Below, in pieces: positions 41,617 to 55,100 of a stretch of DNA of 64,000 bases. The position numbers were made by a program, and so were the translations under genes. Source of the DNA: Basidiobolus meristosporus CBS 931.73 (Eukaryota > Fungi > Basidiobolomycota); contig MCFE01000096.1 of assembly GCA_002104905.1 (NCBI GenBank), forward strand, positions 1-64,000, read 5' to 3'. The notes below the pieces were generated by a model. That model had not been told where the DNA came from. It saw only the letters and a list, made by a program, of their open reading frames with translations, and ran no database searches. Within the stretch, counting starts at the first letter, position 1; every line of letters begins with the position of its first letter.

Positions 41617-44600
41617 TGTTATAGGAGTTTTGGAGATATTGGAAGGGATTGGGAGAACCAGCACATAATGCGGTTTTCACTTCATGATTTACTAAATGTA
41701 AAAGTGGTACCTCTGCTTTTACATGGCCTTGGCAAGATAAACACACAGGAATATGTCTAGAAAGGTCCTAAGAGCCTGTGTGCAAAGTTTGGGGTTGTCT
41801 GGACAACTTTGAGAAATTTCATGTTCTGGGGACCTGATATTCTGGTGAAAATATTCTGGTAATTCCTAACAAGGAATTTGGTCAGTGTTCTCTAAGATTT
41901 GTATGTGGTGATCTATGTGACCAAGTAAGCTGAATATTTAGATGTAATCATAAACTTTTACCATACTTCCACTAGACTAAATATTCATATCATCTATTCC
42001 TAATTGTGAATCAAGATACTCTAATTTGTCTCTAGTTGATGGTTTGGTATATTTGTTGGCAATCATTTCATCTGTTGGACAATAAACTAAGCTGACCAAG
42101 TTGCTCCCTATAGCTTCCCAGATGAGATGATGTTCAACATCCAAGTGTTGAGTTCCAGCCCAAAAAGTTGGGTCTCTATCTAATTGTATATACCCTTGGT
42201 TATCCTGAAAAAATGTAGCAGGGGCTTTTTGACATAAACCCAAGTCATTAAAACGCTCTTTTAGCCACATTGCTTCTTTTGTAGCCTCACTGGCTGCCAT
42301 TTACTCAGCCTCTGTGATAGAAAGTGCTATGGTTGATGGCTTTCTTGAATTCTGTGTGTGTGCTCCTTTACTGTAAAGAAAGGTGTAACCTGTGGTGAAT
42401 CTTCTATCTTCTGCACTTCACCTCCAACCAGCATCCAGGTATCCTAAGATATCCTGTTCTGAATCCTTATGGGTGTACCTTAAGAAGATATTTACAGCTC
42501 ATTTTAAGTATCTAAAGATTCACTTTACTTCCACAATATGATCAGATCTATGGCTCTTACTATGCTGGCTGAGAACCTCCACCAAATATAAGATATTGGG
42601 ATATGTACCAAGCATGATACACATTGGACAGGCAGCTGTAGATTAGTAAGGGAAGTCTGGGCTTTCAGTTGCTACTGATCTCTCTTGATTTGGTTGAGCT
42701 TTGACCAAGTCAAAGTTTGTGTCCATTAGAGTAGCTGCTGGTTTACCATCTACCATATGGTACTTCTTAAGTATATGTTGAATGTATTTGGACTGGCTTA
42801 GGGTAATAGTCTGAGTGCTTCTGTCTATGGAGACTTTTTCTCTAAGTCACAACTGAGCTCTCCCAGATTGAACAATTGAAGCTCCTAGATAGGCTCCATT
42901 GAGTCTCCCCCAGTGTTTATTAATTATTAGTAGCTATAACAAGAGCATCCACATATAGAGCTACAAGAACTCAATTGGCTCTCTCAAACTTGATGTTTAT
43001 ACTATAGTTAACAATAATTCTATGGAAGCTCAAAGATTACAAATAATTGGCCAGTAAACCCATCAAGCTGGTCCATGTACATGTCCTCATCAAGTTCTTC
43101 ACTCAAAAGTGTAGTTTCCACATCTATTTGATGAATAAGAAACTTATATTTGGCTGTAATAGCCAGTATCAATCTGATGAAATAAACTTGGCTACCAGTG
43201 CAAAGGTTTCAGTGTTGTCCAGTTGTGTTGGTTGAGAGTATCCTTTGGCTACAACTCTTGTTTCATATCTTTCAACTGTACCATCAATCTTGTATTCTGT
43301 CATGAAGATCCATGTGCATCCAATGATTTTTGGTTTATTGGTAATTTGACCAAGTTGCAAGCTTGATTTGTCATCAGGGCCTGATACCTGTCACTCATTA
43401 CCATTCTCCAAGACTTTGTTGAAGGGCTATTTAGGGCATTTTATGCAGTCTAGGGATCATCAATATGGACCAAATAGGCATAGGCCAAGTTAGTTCCCTC
43501 ACTGATATAGTGCTATGGGCTATTTCTAGTCCAACTGGATCTCCTGCCCCATGATACTGCAATGATCACCTCTAGGATGTTTGTGGGCACAGATTTGCTC
43601 TTCAGTCATTGCAGATCTGCAAAACTTCCTCTGAGGGTATCTGGGGTGAAAAAACTCTCATTGCTTTGCATTAATGCAATCCTGATGATGAGTGGACTTG
43701 AGACTGAATTTTTGTTAACAATTGAGTCAGTTTTTGAGCAAATTTCAAATTTTCATTGAGCTACACATCCTTGAGCTTGAATTCTTCTTTACTCTGGTGC
43801 TTTAGAGTCTGCGCATTGTACTTGCATTACCAAAGCCTAAAAATATGCATTTTGCACTTTGATGCACAAATTTTGACCAATTTCCAGGCAGTGTCTTGGC
43901 ATATTCTAAGTAACTCAGCATTTTTAGGTGCTGGGCATTTGTTTTATATCCACATCACACCTCAAATAAACTAGAAACATCTGGTACTCTGCTTTAACTT
44001 CTATTTTCAAGATATGCAGCTGTAGTTATAGATTTTACCCATATATCAGGGTAATTCTTTGTCTGGTTCACAGATCTTGCTATTTCAGTTATTGATCTGT
44101 TTGCACATTCTGACACTTTATTTTGCTGTGGGGAGTATAATACAGTAGTCTCTAGCATAATCCCAAGAGTCTTGCACACGTGGATGAAGGGTATTGAGGT
44201 ATATTCTCCACCATGGTTGGAGAGTAATTTCCTGATTTGTTTATCAGCATCTCTCCCCACCATGGCTTTAAATTTCCAAAGCTTGAACAGAGCTTCTTCC
44301 TTTCTTCACATAAAGTAGATCCACATGTATGTTGTGTAACCATGAATCAATGAGATTAAGTACTTCATTCTGCCCTAGAATAAGCCTTGTATTGGTCCAC
44401 ACAGATCTGAGCAAATTGACCTATTCATTTCTTAGCCTTGATTCACCCAGAGCCCTCAAGTGATTGTCAGACTTGATTTCTATATATGCATGCTCTACAG
44501 AGGTCCAAATTAGCTGGCAGATTAGCTTTTTACCCTGGCAATTAGATCATTGCTCATTTTGCTCAAACTACCAACATTGATGTGTCCAAATCTTCCATCC

Positions 44601-46210
44601 CATAGCATTAGTGTTTCTTCATTTGAGTAACTTATATTGGCTTCCACAGACAATAAAATATAAGTCAGCTTGTACAGATCTGGATTTTAGATACCCAGAT
44701 CAGTAAGTGCACAATTTGGATCAGTGATCCTGCATCTGGTATTGTCACAACTGAAACTGAGTTATCTGCAGAGACCTTGCCTTCAGTTAGTAAGTTCTTG
44801 GCTATTTCTGGTACATAGAGCACTTCTTTGAAAGTAGGTATGTGGCTTCTTCCATCACTTCTGAGGCCTATAAGGATAGCTCCCTGTGCAACTGCATTGA
44901 GTGTACTAACTTTACTTATGAAGCCATGTCAATTAGAATTGCTCATTATTTGGTAATAGTTCTTCTTGCTGTGTAAAGTGCTGGGATGTCCCAGAGTCAA
45001 TACACCACATTTGAGAGTCCTTGTTTGTGGTTGTTATTAGGGCAGGTAGGAACAGTCTATCTTCAGTTAAAGTGGCATTTCCATAATCAGTCTATTTCTG
45101 TTGGTTAACACTTGTTGAGAAGCACCAGTTTGCTGTGTGTCCTTTCCTTTTGCAGTACTGGCAGGAAAAGTTGCTGCTGCCTTCAAATGGTCTTTGGTGT
45201 CTCCTCAGGTGGTTATCATTGCCTGATAAAGTATTTTTTTCTTTCCTCTCATTGGTGCTTGATTTTCTCAATCCTCCATAGAGGAGCCTTGTATATACAT
45301 AATTTAAGGTCAAATCATCAGGACTGGACTTTAAGGCTGCTACAAGGCCCTGAAACCTGTCTGTCAGGCTATTCAGGAGGGTATTTATTGCTTCTTCATC
45401 AGTACCTGTACACCCACAGATTCCATCTCATGAGCTACCTGGGTAATTCTGTTATTTAGATTTTCATTTCTTCTCTTGGCAGTGTCTTTATAGTGAAGAG
45501 TTTTTGTCTAAGATACACTTTATTTGTAACTGAACATGACTGGTACATGTCTTCTAGTTATTTTAAGGTACTTCTTGCTGTTTTTGCTCATCAGCATTGC
45601 ATTGGCAATTTGTCTTTGACATTAAGGTCAATGCAACTAAATGCATTCTGTACTTCCATCTGGTACTTTAGGGTAACTTCTCCTATGCATTAAGGAAAAA
45701 ATTTATCATCTACATAAGTGTCAAAATGCCTCTTTACTATAGCCATATCTCATCTCCTTCCAGATTTGGTAGTTAGATTTTTCCAACCTTTCAACAGAGG
45801 GAAGAATTTCAGTAAAAGCAGTAGTAGAAGTTGCAGAGAGTGACAGCTTGGAGCTCATAGCCTGCTGCAAGAGTTTTGGAGACTGTGGAAGTGATTAGAA
45901 GAATACATTGACTGTGTGGTTTTTGCTGATTGATTTGTTGAATGAGAACAAGGTACTGATACCTTGAGATGGTCTAGGCAAAACACACACAAAGATTATG
46001 TTTAGGAAGGTCCCAGTGCCACACATACAAGGCCTGAAGCTGTTTAGACAACTCAGAGTATTCTCACTAAAGCACCAGATAACAAGAGTTCAAAGTATCT
46101 CCAACAAAATCACAACAAAGAATTTGTTCAGAATTCTATAAGATATGTAAATAATGATCCACATCAATATACTTGTGGGTATTTAGGTGAAATTACAAGC
46201 CTTTTCACCA
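41617..46210 (-). mobile_element. Old, heavily decayed Ty1/copia element (LTRs 41617-41965 and 45863-46210)
   Basis: Copia pol fragments (ANKYTKP, YSPQQNKVSE), gag knuckle CQYCKRKGHTANWC, strongly diverged LTRs, TSD gtaag/ataag. Confidence 0.9.
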
Positions 46211-46951
46211 ATAAGGTCCCTTGACTCAAAACTCACAAAATGATGCCTAATATCTATATGATTAGCTCCAGCATGAGAAGCAATCTCTCTCCTGAAGCAA
46301 ATGCCTGCTTGGAATCCTTATTGTTGTTAATTTTGCAGTCACACCTGAATATTCATCCAGCTTAATTGCATAGGCTGCTACCTAAAGTTGTAGAGAGTTT
46401 GGATTGAGTTCCTTGTTGGAATCTACTTGGAATCTACTTGCCAGATTATCAGGTATCCTGAACATATTAAATCTCAAAGTGGTCTATACAGCCTCACACT
46501 CTGGACACATGCTCTTGTGACCCTCTTAGACATATTATTCATGTTTGTTCTGCTAAGCTTATGCAACAGTGTAAGTGCTCATTGTAAATCAAATGCTTTA
46601 TTTGTTGTAAAAATTTGTATTTCCACCTAAATACTCACCTAACTTAGTCACTTAGATCAATACCTCCAAATCCTAGAGAATACTGATCAAATTCCTTGTC
46701 GGGATTTACTTAGAATATTTTTACCAAAATACCAGGTACCCAGAACATGAAAATTCTCAAAGTTGTCCAAACAGCCCCAAACGTTGCACACATGTTCTTG
46801 GGACCTTCCTTAGCATATTCTACATGTTTGTAATGCCAAGACCAGGTAAAAGTATAAATACTACTTTTACATTCAATAAATCATTAAGTGAAAACCACAT
46901 AATCTACTTGTTCTCCAAATCACTTCCAATATCTCCAAGACTCTTACAACA

Positions 46952-46963
46952 GGTTATGAGCCC
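46952..46963 (+). promoter_or_regulatory. PBS GGTTATGAGCCC, complementary to the anticodon stem-loop of initiator tRNA-Met (also at 51286-51297)
   Basis: Directly abuts the LTR's terminal CA and lacks the TGG start of a standard PBS; same type as Ty5 and Drosophila copia. Confidence 0.8.
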
Positions 46964-46982
46964 CAAGCTGTCACTCTCTGCA

Positions 46983-47783
46983 ATGTCTACTACTGCTATT
47001 ACTGGAATTTTTCCCTATGCTGAAAAGTTGGATGGATCTAACTACCAAGTGTGGAAGGTGAAGATGCAGATGCTGCTACAAGAAAGAGGCCTTTGGGATA
47101 TTGTCATGGGAGAAGAATGCCCTCCTAAAAATGTGGGAGAGGAAGCCTTAAAGTACCAGAAGAAAGAACAAAGTGCCTATAACTGCATTTGCCTTAATGT
47201 CAAGGACAAATTGCTAATTCAATGCTCAAGAGCAAAAACAGCAAAGAATGCCTGGAAGGCATTAGAAGACACCTACCAGTCATGTTCAGCTGCCAAGAAA
47301 ATGTATCTGAGAAGAAATTTCTTTACTACAAAGATGCTGGCAGGAGAAGAAATGAAAAATCTAATCAACAGAATTACCCTGCTGGTAGATGAGATGGAAT
47401 CTGTGGGCATACCAACTACTGATGAGGATGTGATAGTTACCATCCTGAATAGCCTGACAGACATGTTTCAGGGCCTTGTATCAGCCCTAGAGTCCAGAAC
47501 TGAAGATTTGACCTTAAATTATGTATATGGAAGGCTCCTGGATGAAGAATTAAGAAAATCAAGCGCCAATAAGAAGGAAGAAGAAAATGCTTTAATAAGC
47601 AATGATACCAACAAAGGAGGTACCCAAGGCCCTACAAAGGCAACAGCAACCTATTTTGCAACTACTGCAAAAGGAAAGGACACACATCAGACCGGTGTTT
47701 CAAAAAGAGAGATTATTGGCAAAAGAAGCCTGAATATGGAAATGCTGCAACAACTGAAGATAGACTATTCATATCTGCACTAA
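46983..47783 (+). CDS. gag: Copia Gag, element 1 (frame ends out of register with the zinc knuckle)
   Basis: EKLDGSNYQVWKVKM...AKNAWKAL...ILNSL copia gag motifs; the knuckle CNYCKRKGHTSDRC is in the -1 frame. Confidence 0.85.
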   Translation: MSTTAITGIFPYAEKLDGSNYQVWKVKMQMLLQERGLWDIVMGEECPPKNVGEEALKYQKKEQSAYNCICLNVKDKLLIQCSRAKTAKNAWKALEDTYQSCSAAKKMYLRRNFFTTKMLAGEEMKNLINRITLLVDEMESVGIPTTDEDVIVTILNSLTDMFQGLVSALESRTEDLTLNYVYGRLLDEELRKSSANKKEEENALISNDTNKGGTQGPTKATATYFATTAKGKDTHQTGVSKREIIGKRSLNMEMLQQLKIDYSYLH

Positions 47784-47785
47784 AT

Positions 47786-50700
47786 ATGACCACAAACAAG
47801 GATTCTCAGATGTGGTATATTGACTCTGGAGCTTCTCAACACTTTACACACCAAAAAGAACTTTTTACCCAATATCAAGAAATTCCAATTAAGAAGGTTT
47901 TCATGGGTGATGATAGAACACTTGATGCAGTGGGAGAAGGAACTATCCAAGTAAACCTAAGAAGCAGTGAAGGAAGCCATACACTGACCTTTAAAGAAGT
48001 ACTCTATGTACCAGAAATAGCCAAGAACCTACTCTCTGTAAGCAAGGCCACAGCAGAAGGACTCAGTTTGAGTTTTGACAATTCTGGATGCAGGATCACT
48101 GATCAAAATGGTGCCCATATTGCTTCAGGCATCAGAGATCAGAATCTATACAAGTTGACTTATATTCCATCAGATCTGGAAGCCAATATAAGTAACCTAA
48201 ATGAAGAAACACCAATGCTTTGGCACAGGAGATTTGGGCACATCAATTTTGATTATTTGCGCAAAATGATCAAAGATCAGCTAATTTCTGGAGTGAAAAT
48301 TGATCCCCCAGCTAATTTGGAGCACTGTGAAACCTGCATATATGGGAAACAAGCCAGACAACCGTTCAAGAGCTCTGGGTTAATCAAATCTAAGAAAAAA
48401 TTAGATCTAATTCACTCAGATCTGTGTGGACCTATGCAAAATTTATCCTTAGGTGGGACAAAGTATTTAATCACTTTTATTGATGATTATACAAGATACA
48501 CATGGGTCTACTTCATGGAGATAAAGGAAGAAGCTCTGTCTAAGTTCAGGGAGTTGAAAGCCATGGTGGAGAGAGAAACTGGTAAAAAAATCAAGAAAAT
48601 ATGCTCTGACAATAGTGGAGAATATACCTCAAAACTCTTCATCTACTTCTGCAAAATTCATGGGATAAAGCAAAAGACTACTACACCATACTCCCCACAG
48701 CAAAATGGAGTAGCAGAACAAGATAACAGATCAATAATTGATATGGCAAGATCTATGATCCATGATCAAAAATTATCCTATGATTTTTGGGCGGAATCAG
48801 TTGCCACTGCTGTATACCTTAAAAATAGGAGTTATAACAGAATACTTTGTGATTCTACTCCATTTGAAGCATGGTATGGATACAGACCAAGTGCAGAACA
48901 TCTAAGAATATTTGGGTGTATGGCATATGCCAAAAAACTGGCCGGAAATCAGTCAAAATTTCAGCCAAAAAGTGTAAAATGCATACTTTTGTGCTACTGC
49001 AATGAGAGTAAGGCATACAGACTCTACAATACCAAAGCAAAGAAGCTTATCAAGTCCAGGGATGTGTTGTTTGATGAAAATTCAAAATTTTTGCAAAAAA
49101 TGACATCAGATGATGACGAAAATTTGATCTCAAGTCCACCAATTGTCAGGATTGAATCAGAGCAAAACAATGAAAATTCTTTCACTCCAGAGGACTCTAC
49201 AACCGTGGTTCAGCCAGAATCAGTGCCCAGGAATATCCCAGAAGTGATCATTCCAGTATCAAATGCCCGGAGATCCAATTGGACAAGAAATAGCCCAAAT
49301 TACTATATCAATGAGGGTACAAACTTAGCCTATGCCTATTCAGTCCATATTGATGAACCCCAGACTGTAAAAGAGGCCCTAAATGGCCCTCAGACAAAGT
49401 TTTGGAGATCTGCAATGACTGAGGAATATCAGGCCCTGATGGAAAATCAATCTTGGGACTTAGTCAGATTACCAATCAACCAAAAATCAATTGGATGCAG
49501 ATGGGTCTTCATGACAAAATACAAGGCTGATGGTACAATTGAAAGATACAAAGCAAGACTTGTAGCCAGAGGATACTCTCAAACAAAAGGACTTGACTAT
49601 ACTGAGACCTTTGCACCGGTAGCCAAGTTTAATTCCATCAGATTAATATTGGCTATTGCAGCCAAATATAAGTTTTTTATTCATCAAATGGATGTAAAAA
49701 CTGCATTTTTGAATGGAGAACTTGATGAGGACGTGTATATGGACCAGTCTGATGGGTTTGTTGACCAAAATAACCCCCATTTGGTCTGCAAGCTTAAAAA
49801 GTCACTATATGGTCTCAAACAATCACCAAGAGCCTGGAATTGCAAGATAGATTCTTATTTGGAATCTTTGAGTTTCAAAAGAAGTAATGCTGACTATAGT
49901 ATATACTATAAGCCAGATAGAGCAAATCCAGTTCTATTAGCTCTATATGTGAATGATCTTACTATAGCTGCCAATAACCTAGAAACATTGGAAGAAACTA
50001 AATCCAGCCTATCTAAGGAGTTCAAGATGTCTGATTTAGGAGAACTTAGTTACTACTTAGGGATTAAGTTCTCCATAGACAGAAGTACCCAGACTATCAC
50101 CCTTAGTCAATCCAAGTATATTCAAGATATACTAAAGAAGTACAAAATGGAAGACTGTAAACCGGCAGCTACCCAAATGGAGACAAACCTTAACTTGGTC
50201 AAAACTCAACCAAATCAAGAGAGCTTGGTGCCATCTGAAAGCCCTAACTTTCCTTATCAGTCTATGGTCGGCAGTCTGATGTATATCATGCTTGGAACAC
50301 GTCCAGATATCTCATATTCAGTGGGAGTTGTCAGCCAACATAATCAGAATTATGGATCTGATCATATTGCAGCAGTTAACCGGATTTTTAGATACCTAAA
50401 AGGAGCTGCTGATATCTGCTTAAGATACACTTATAAGGATTCAGAACAGGATCTTGTGGGATACTCTGATGCAGATTGGGGATGAAATTTAGAAGACAGA
50501 AGATCCACCACAGGATACACCTTTCTTTACTGTAAAGGAGCAATTTCATGGAATTCAAGAAAGCAGCCAACCGTAGCACTTTCCACCACAGAGGCAGAGT
50601 ATATGGCAGCCTGTGAAGCTACAAAAGAAGCAATGTGGTTAAGAAAGCTGTTTACAGATTTAGGCCTATGTCAAAAAACGCCTATTACTTTATTTCAAGA

Positions 50701-50926
50701 TAATCAAGGATGTATACAATTAGGTAGAAATCCAACTTTTCATGCTAGAACCAAGCACATAGATATTAGACATCATTTCATACGTGGAGCTATAGAGAAT
50801 AACTTAGTTAGCTTAGTTTACTATCCTACAGATGAAATGATTGCAGACATATTTACCAAACCATTAGCTAGAGACAAGTTTGAATATCTTAGGTCAAAAT
50901 TAGGACTAGTCAGTATGAACATTTAG
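47786..50926 (+). pseudogene. pol: Copia pol, element 1, disrupted
   Basis: Premature TGA at 50483-50485 (CGA in element 2); RT YVNDL instead of YVDDL; integrase AEQDN instead of AERAN. Confidence 0.9.
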
Positions 50927-51316
50927 CTGAGTGGGAGTGTTGTAAAAATTTGTATTTCCACCTAAATATTCACCTAACTTAGTCAGTTAGATCATTACCT
51001 TCAAATCCTAGAGAATACTGACCAAATTCTTGTTGGGATTTACTTAGAATATTTTCACCAAAATACCAGGTACCCAGAACATGAAAATTCTCAAAGTTGT
51101 CCAAACAGCCCCAAACTTTGCACACATGTTCTTGGGACCTTCCTTAGCATATTCTACATGTTTGTAATGCCAAGACCAGGTAAAAGTATAAATACTACTT
51201 TTACATTCAATAAATCATTAAGTGAAAACCACATAAACTACTTGTTCTCCCAATCACTTCCAATATCTCCAAGACTCTTACAACAGGTTATGAGCCCCAA
51301 GCTGTCACTCTCTGCA

Positions 51317-52116
51317 ATGTCTACTACTGCTATTACTGGAATTTTTCCCTCTGCTGAAAAGTTGGATGGATCTAACTACCAAGTGTGGAAGGTGAAGATG
51401 AAGATGCTGCTGCAAGAAAGAGGCCTTTGGATATTGTCATGGGAGAAGAATGCCCTCCTAAAAATGTGGGAGAGGAAGCCTTGAAGTACCAGAAGAAAGA
51501 ACAAAGTGCCTATAACTGCATTTGCCTTAATGTCAAGGACAAATTGCTAATTCAATGCTCAAGAGCAAAAACGGCAAAGAATGCCTGGAAAGCATTAGAA
51601 GACACCTACCAGTCATGTTCAGCTGCCAAGAAAATGTATCTGAGAAGAAAATTCTTTACTACAAAGATGCTGCTAGGAGAAGAAATGAAAAATCTAATCA
51701 ACAGAATTACCCTGCTGGTAGATGAGATGGAATCTGTGGGCATACCAACTACTGATGAGGATGTGATAGTTACCATCCTGAATAGCCTGACAGACGAGTT
51801 TCAGGGCCTTGTATCAGCCCTAGAGTCCAGAACTGAAGATTTGACCTTAAATTACGTATATGGAAGGCTCCTGGATGAAGAATTAAGAAAATCAAGCGCC
51901 AATAAGAAGGAAGAAGAAAATGCTTTAATAAGCAATGATACCAACAAAGGAGGTACCCAAGACCCTACAAAGGCAACAGCAACCTATTTTGCAACTACTG
52001 CAAAAGGAAAGGACACACATCAGACCGGTGTTTCAAAAAGAGAGATTATCAGCAAAAGAAGCCTGAATATGGAAATGATGAAACAACTGAAGATAGACTA
52101 TTCATATCTGCACTAA
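51317..52116 (+). pseudogene. gag: Copia Gag, element 2 (extra 1-nt deletion near 51428)
   Basis: ggcctttggatattg here versus ggcctttgggatattg in element 1 splits gag into two ORFs. Confidence 0.82.
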
Positions 52117-52118
52117 AT

Positions 52119-55100
52119 ATGACCACAAACAAGGATTCTCAGACGTGGTATATTGACTCTGGAGCTTCTCAGCACTTTACACACCAAAAAGAACTTTTTA
52201 CCCAATATCAAGAAATTCCAATTAAGAAGGTTTTCATGGGTGATGATAGAACACTTGATGCAGTGGGAGAAGGAACTATCCAAGTAAACCTAAGAAGCAG
52301 TGAAGGAAGCCATACACTGACCTTTAAAGAAGTACTCTATGTACCAGAAATAGCCAAGAACCTACTCTCTGTAAGCAAGGCCACAGCAGAAGGACTCAGT
52401 TTCAGTTTTGACAATTCTGGATGCAGAATCACTGATCAAAATGGTGCTCATATTGCTTTGGGCATCAGAGATCAGAATCTATACAAGTTGACTTATATTC
52501 CATCATATCTGGAAGCCAATATAAGTAACTTAAATGAAGAAACACCAATGCTTTGGCACAGGAGATTTGGACACATCAATTTTGATTATTTGCGTAAAAT
52601 GATCAAAGATCAGCTAATTTCTGGAGTGAAAATTGATCCCCCAGCTAATTTGGAGCACTGTGAAGCCTGCATATATGGGAAACAAGCCAGACAACCGTTC
52701 AAGAGCTCTGGGTTAATCAAAACTAAGAAAAAATTAGATCTAATTCACTCAGATCTGTGTGGACCTATGCAAAATTTATCCTTAGGCGGGATGAAGTATT
52801 TAATCACTTTTATTGATGATTATACAAGATACACATGGGTCTACTTCATGGAGAGAAAGGAAGAAGCTCTGTCTAAGTTCAGGGAGTTTAAAGCCATGGT
52901 GGAGAGAGAAACTGGTGAAAAAATCAAGAAAATACGCTCTGACAATGGTGGAGAATATACCTCAAAACTCTTCATCCACTTCTGCAAAATTCATGGGATA
53001 AAGCAAGAGACTACTGTACCATACTCCCCACAGCAAAATGGAGTAGCAGAACGAGCTAACAGATCAATAATTGATATGGCAAGATCTATGATCCATGATC
53101 AAAAATTATCCTATGATTTTTGGGCGGAATCAGTTGCCACTGCTGTATACCTTAAAAATAGGAGTTATAACAGAATACTTCGTGATTCTACTCCATTTGA
53201 AGCATGGTATGGATACAGACCAAGTGCAGAACATCTAAGAATATTTGGGTGTACAGCATATGCCAAAAAACTGGCCGGAAATCAGTCAAAATTTGAGCCA
53301 AAAAGTGTAAAATGCATATTTTTGGGCTACTGCAATGAGAGTAAGGCATACAGACTCTACAATACCAAAGCAAAGAAGCTGATCAAGTCCAGGGATGTGT
53401 TGTTTGATGAAAATTCAAAATTTTCACAAAAAATGACATCAGATGATGACGAAAATTTGATCTCAAGTCCACCAATTGTCAGGATTGAATCAGAGCAAAA
53501 CAATGAAAATTTTTTCACTCCAGAGGACTCTACAACCGTGGTTCAGCCAGAATCAGTGCCCAGGAATATCCCAGAAGTGATCATTCCAGTATCAAATGCC
53601 CGGAGATCCAATCGGACAAGAAATAGCCCAAATTACTATATCAATGAGGGTACAAACTTAGCCTATGCCTATTCAGTCCATATTGATGAACCCCAGACTG
53701 TAAAAGAGGCCCTAAATAGCCCTCAGACAAAGTTTTGGAGATCTGCAATGACTGAGGAATATCAGGCCCTGATGGAAAATCAAACTTGGGACTTAGTCAA
53801 ATTACCAATCAACCAAAAATCAATTGGATGCAGATGGGTCTTCAAGACAAAATACAAGGCTGATGGTACAATTGAAAGATACAAAGCAAGACTTGTAGCC
53901 AGAGGATACTCTCAAACAAAAGGACTTGACTATACTGAGACCTTTGCACCGGTAGCCAAGTTTAATTCCATCAGATTAATATTGGCTATTGCAGCCAAAT
54001 ATAAGTTTTTTATTCATCAAATGGATGTAAAAACTGCATTTTTGAATGGAGAACTTGATGAGGACGTGTATATGGACCAGCCTGATGGGTTTGTTGACCA
54101 AGATAACCCCCATTTGGTCTGCAAGCTTAAAAAGTCACTATATGGTCTCAAACAATCACCAAGAGCCTGGAATTGCAAGATAGATTCTTATTTGGAATCT
54201 TTGAGTTTCAAAAGGAGTAATGCTGACTATAGTATATACTATAAGCCAGATAGAGCAAATCCAGTTCTATTAGCTCTATATGTGGATGATCTTATTATAG
54301 CCACCAATAACCTAGAAACATTGGAAGAGACTAAATCCAGCCTAACTAAGGAGTTCAAGATGTCTGATCTAGGAGAACTCAGTTGCTACTTAGGGATTAA
54401 GTTCTCCATAGACAGAAGTACCCAGACTATTACCCTAAGCCAATCCAAGTATATTCAAGATATACTAAAGAAGTACAAAATGGAAGACTGTAAACCGGCA
54501 GCTACCCCAATGGAGACAAACCTTAACTTGGTCAAAACTCAACCAAATCAAGAGAGCTTGGTGCCATCTGAAAGCCCTGACTTTCCTTATCAGTCTATGG
54601 TCGGCAGTCTGATGTATATCATGCTTGGAACATGTCCAGATATCTCATATTCAGTGGGAGTTGTCAGCCAACATAATCAGAATTATGGATCTGATCATAT
54701 TGCAGCAGTTAAGCGGATTTTTAGATACCTAAAAGGAACGGCTGATATCTGCTTAAGATACACTTATAAGGATTCAGAACAGGATCTTGTGGGATACTCT
54801 GATGCTGAGTGGGGACGAAATTTAGAAGACAGAAGATCCACCACAGGATACACCTTTCTTTACTGTAAAGGAGCAATTTCATGGAATTCAAGAAAGCAGC
54901 CAACCATAGCACTTTCTACTACAGAGGCAGAGTATATGGCAGCCTGTGAAGCTACAAAAGAAGCAATGTGGTTAAGAAAGCTCTTTACAGATTTAGGCCT
55001 ATGTCAAAAAATGCCTATTACTTTATTTCAAGATAATCAAGGATGTATACAATTAGGTAGAAATCCAACTTTTCATGCTAGAACCAAGCACATAGATATT

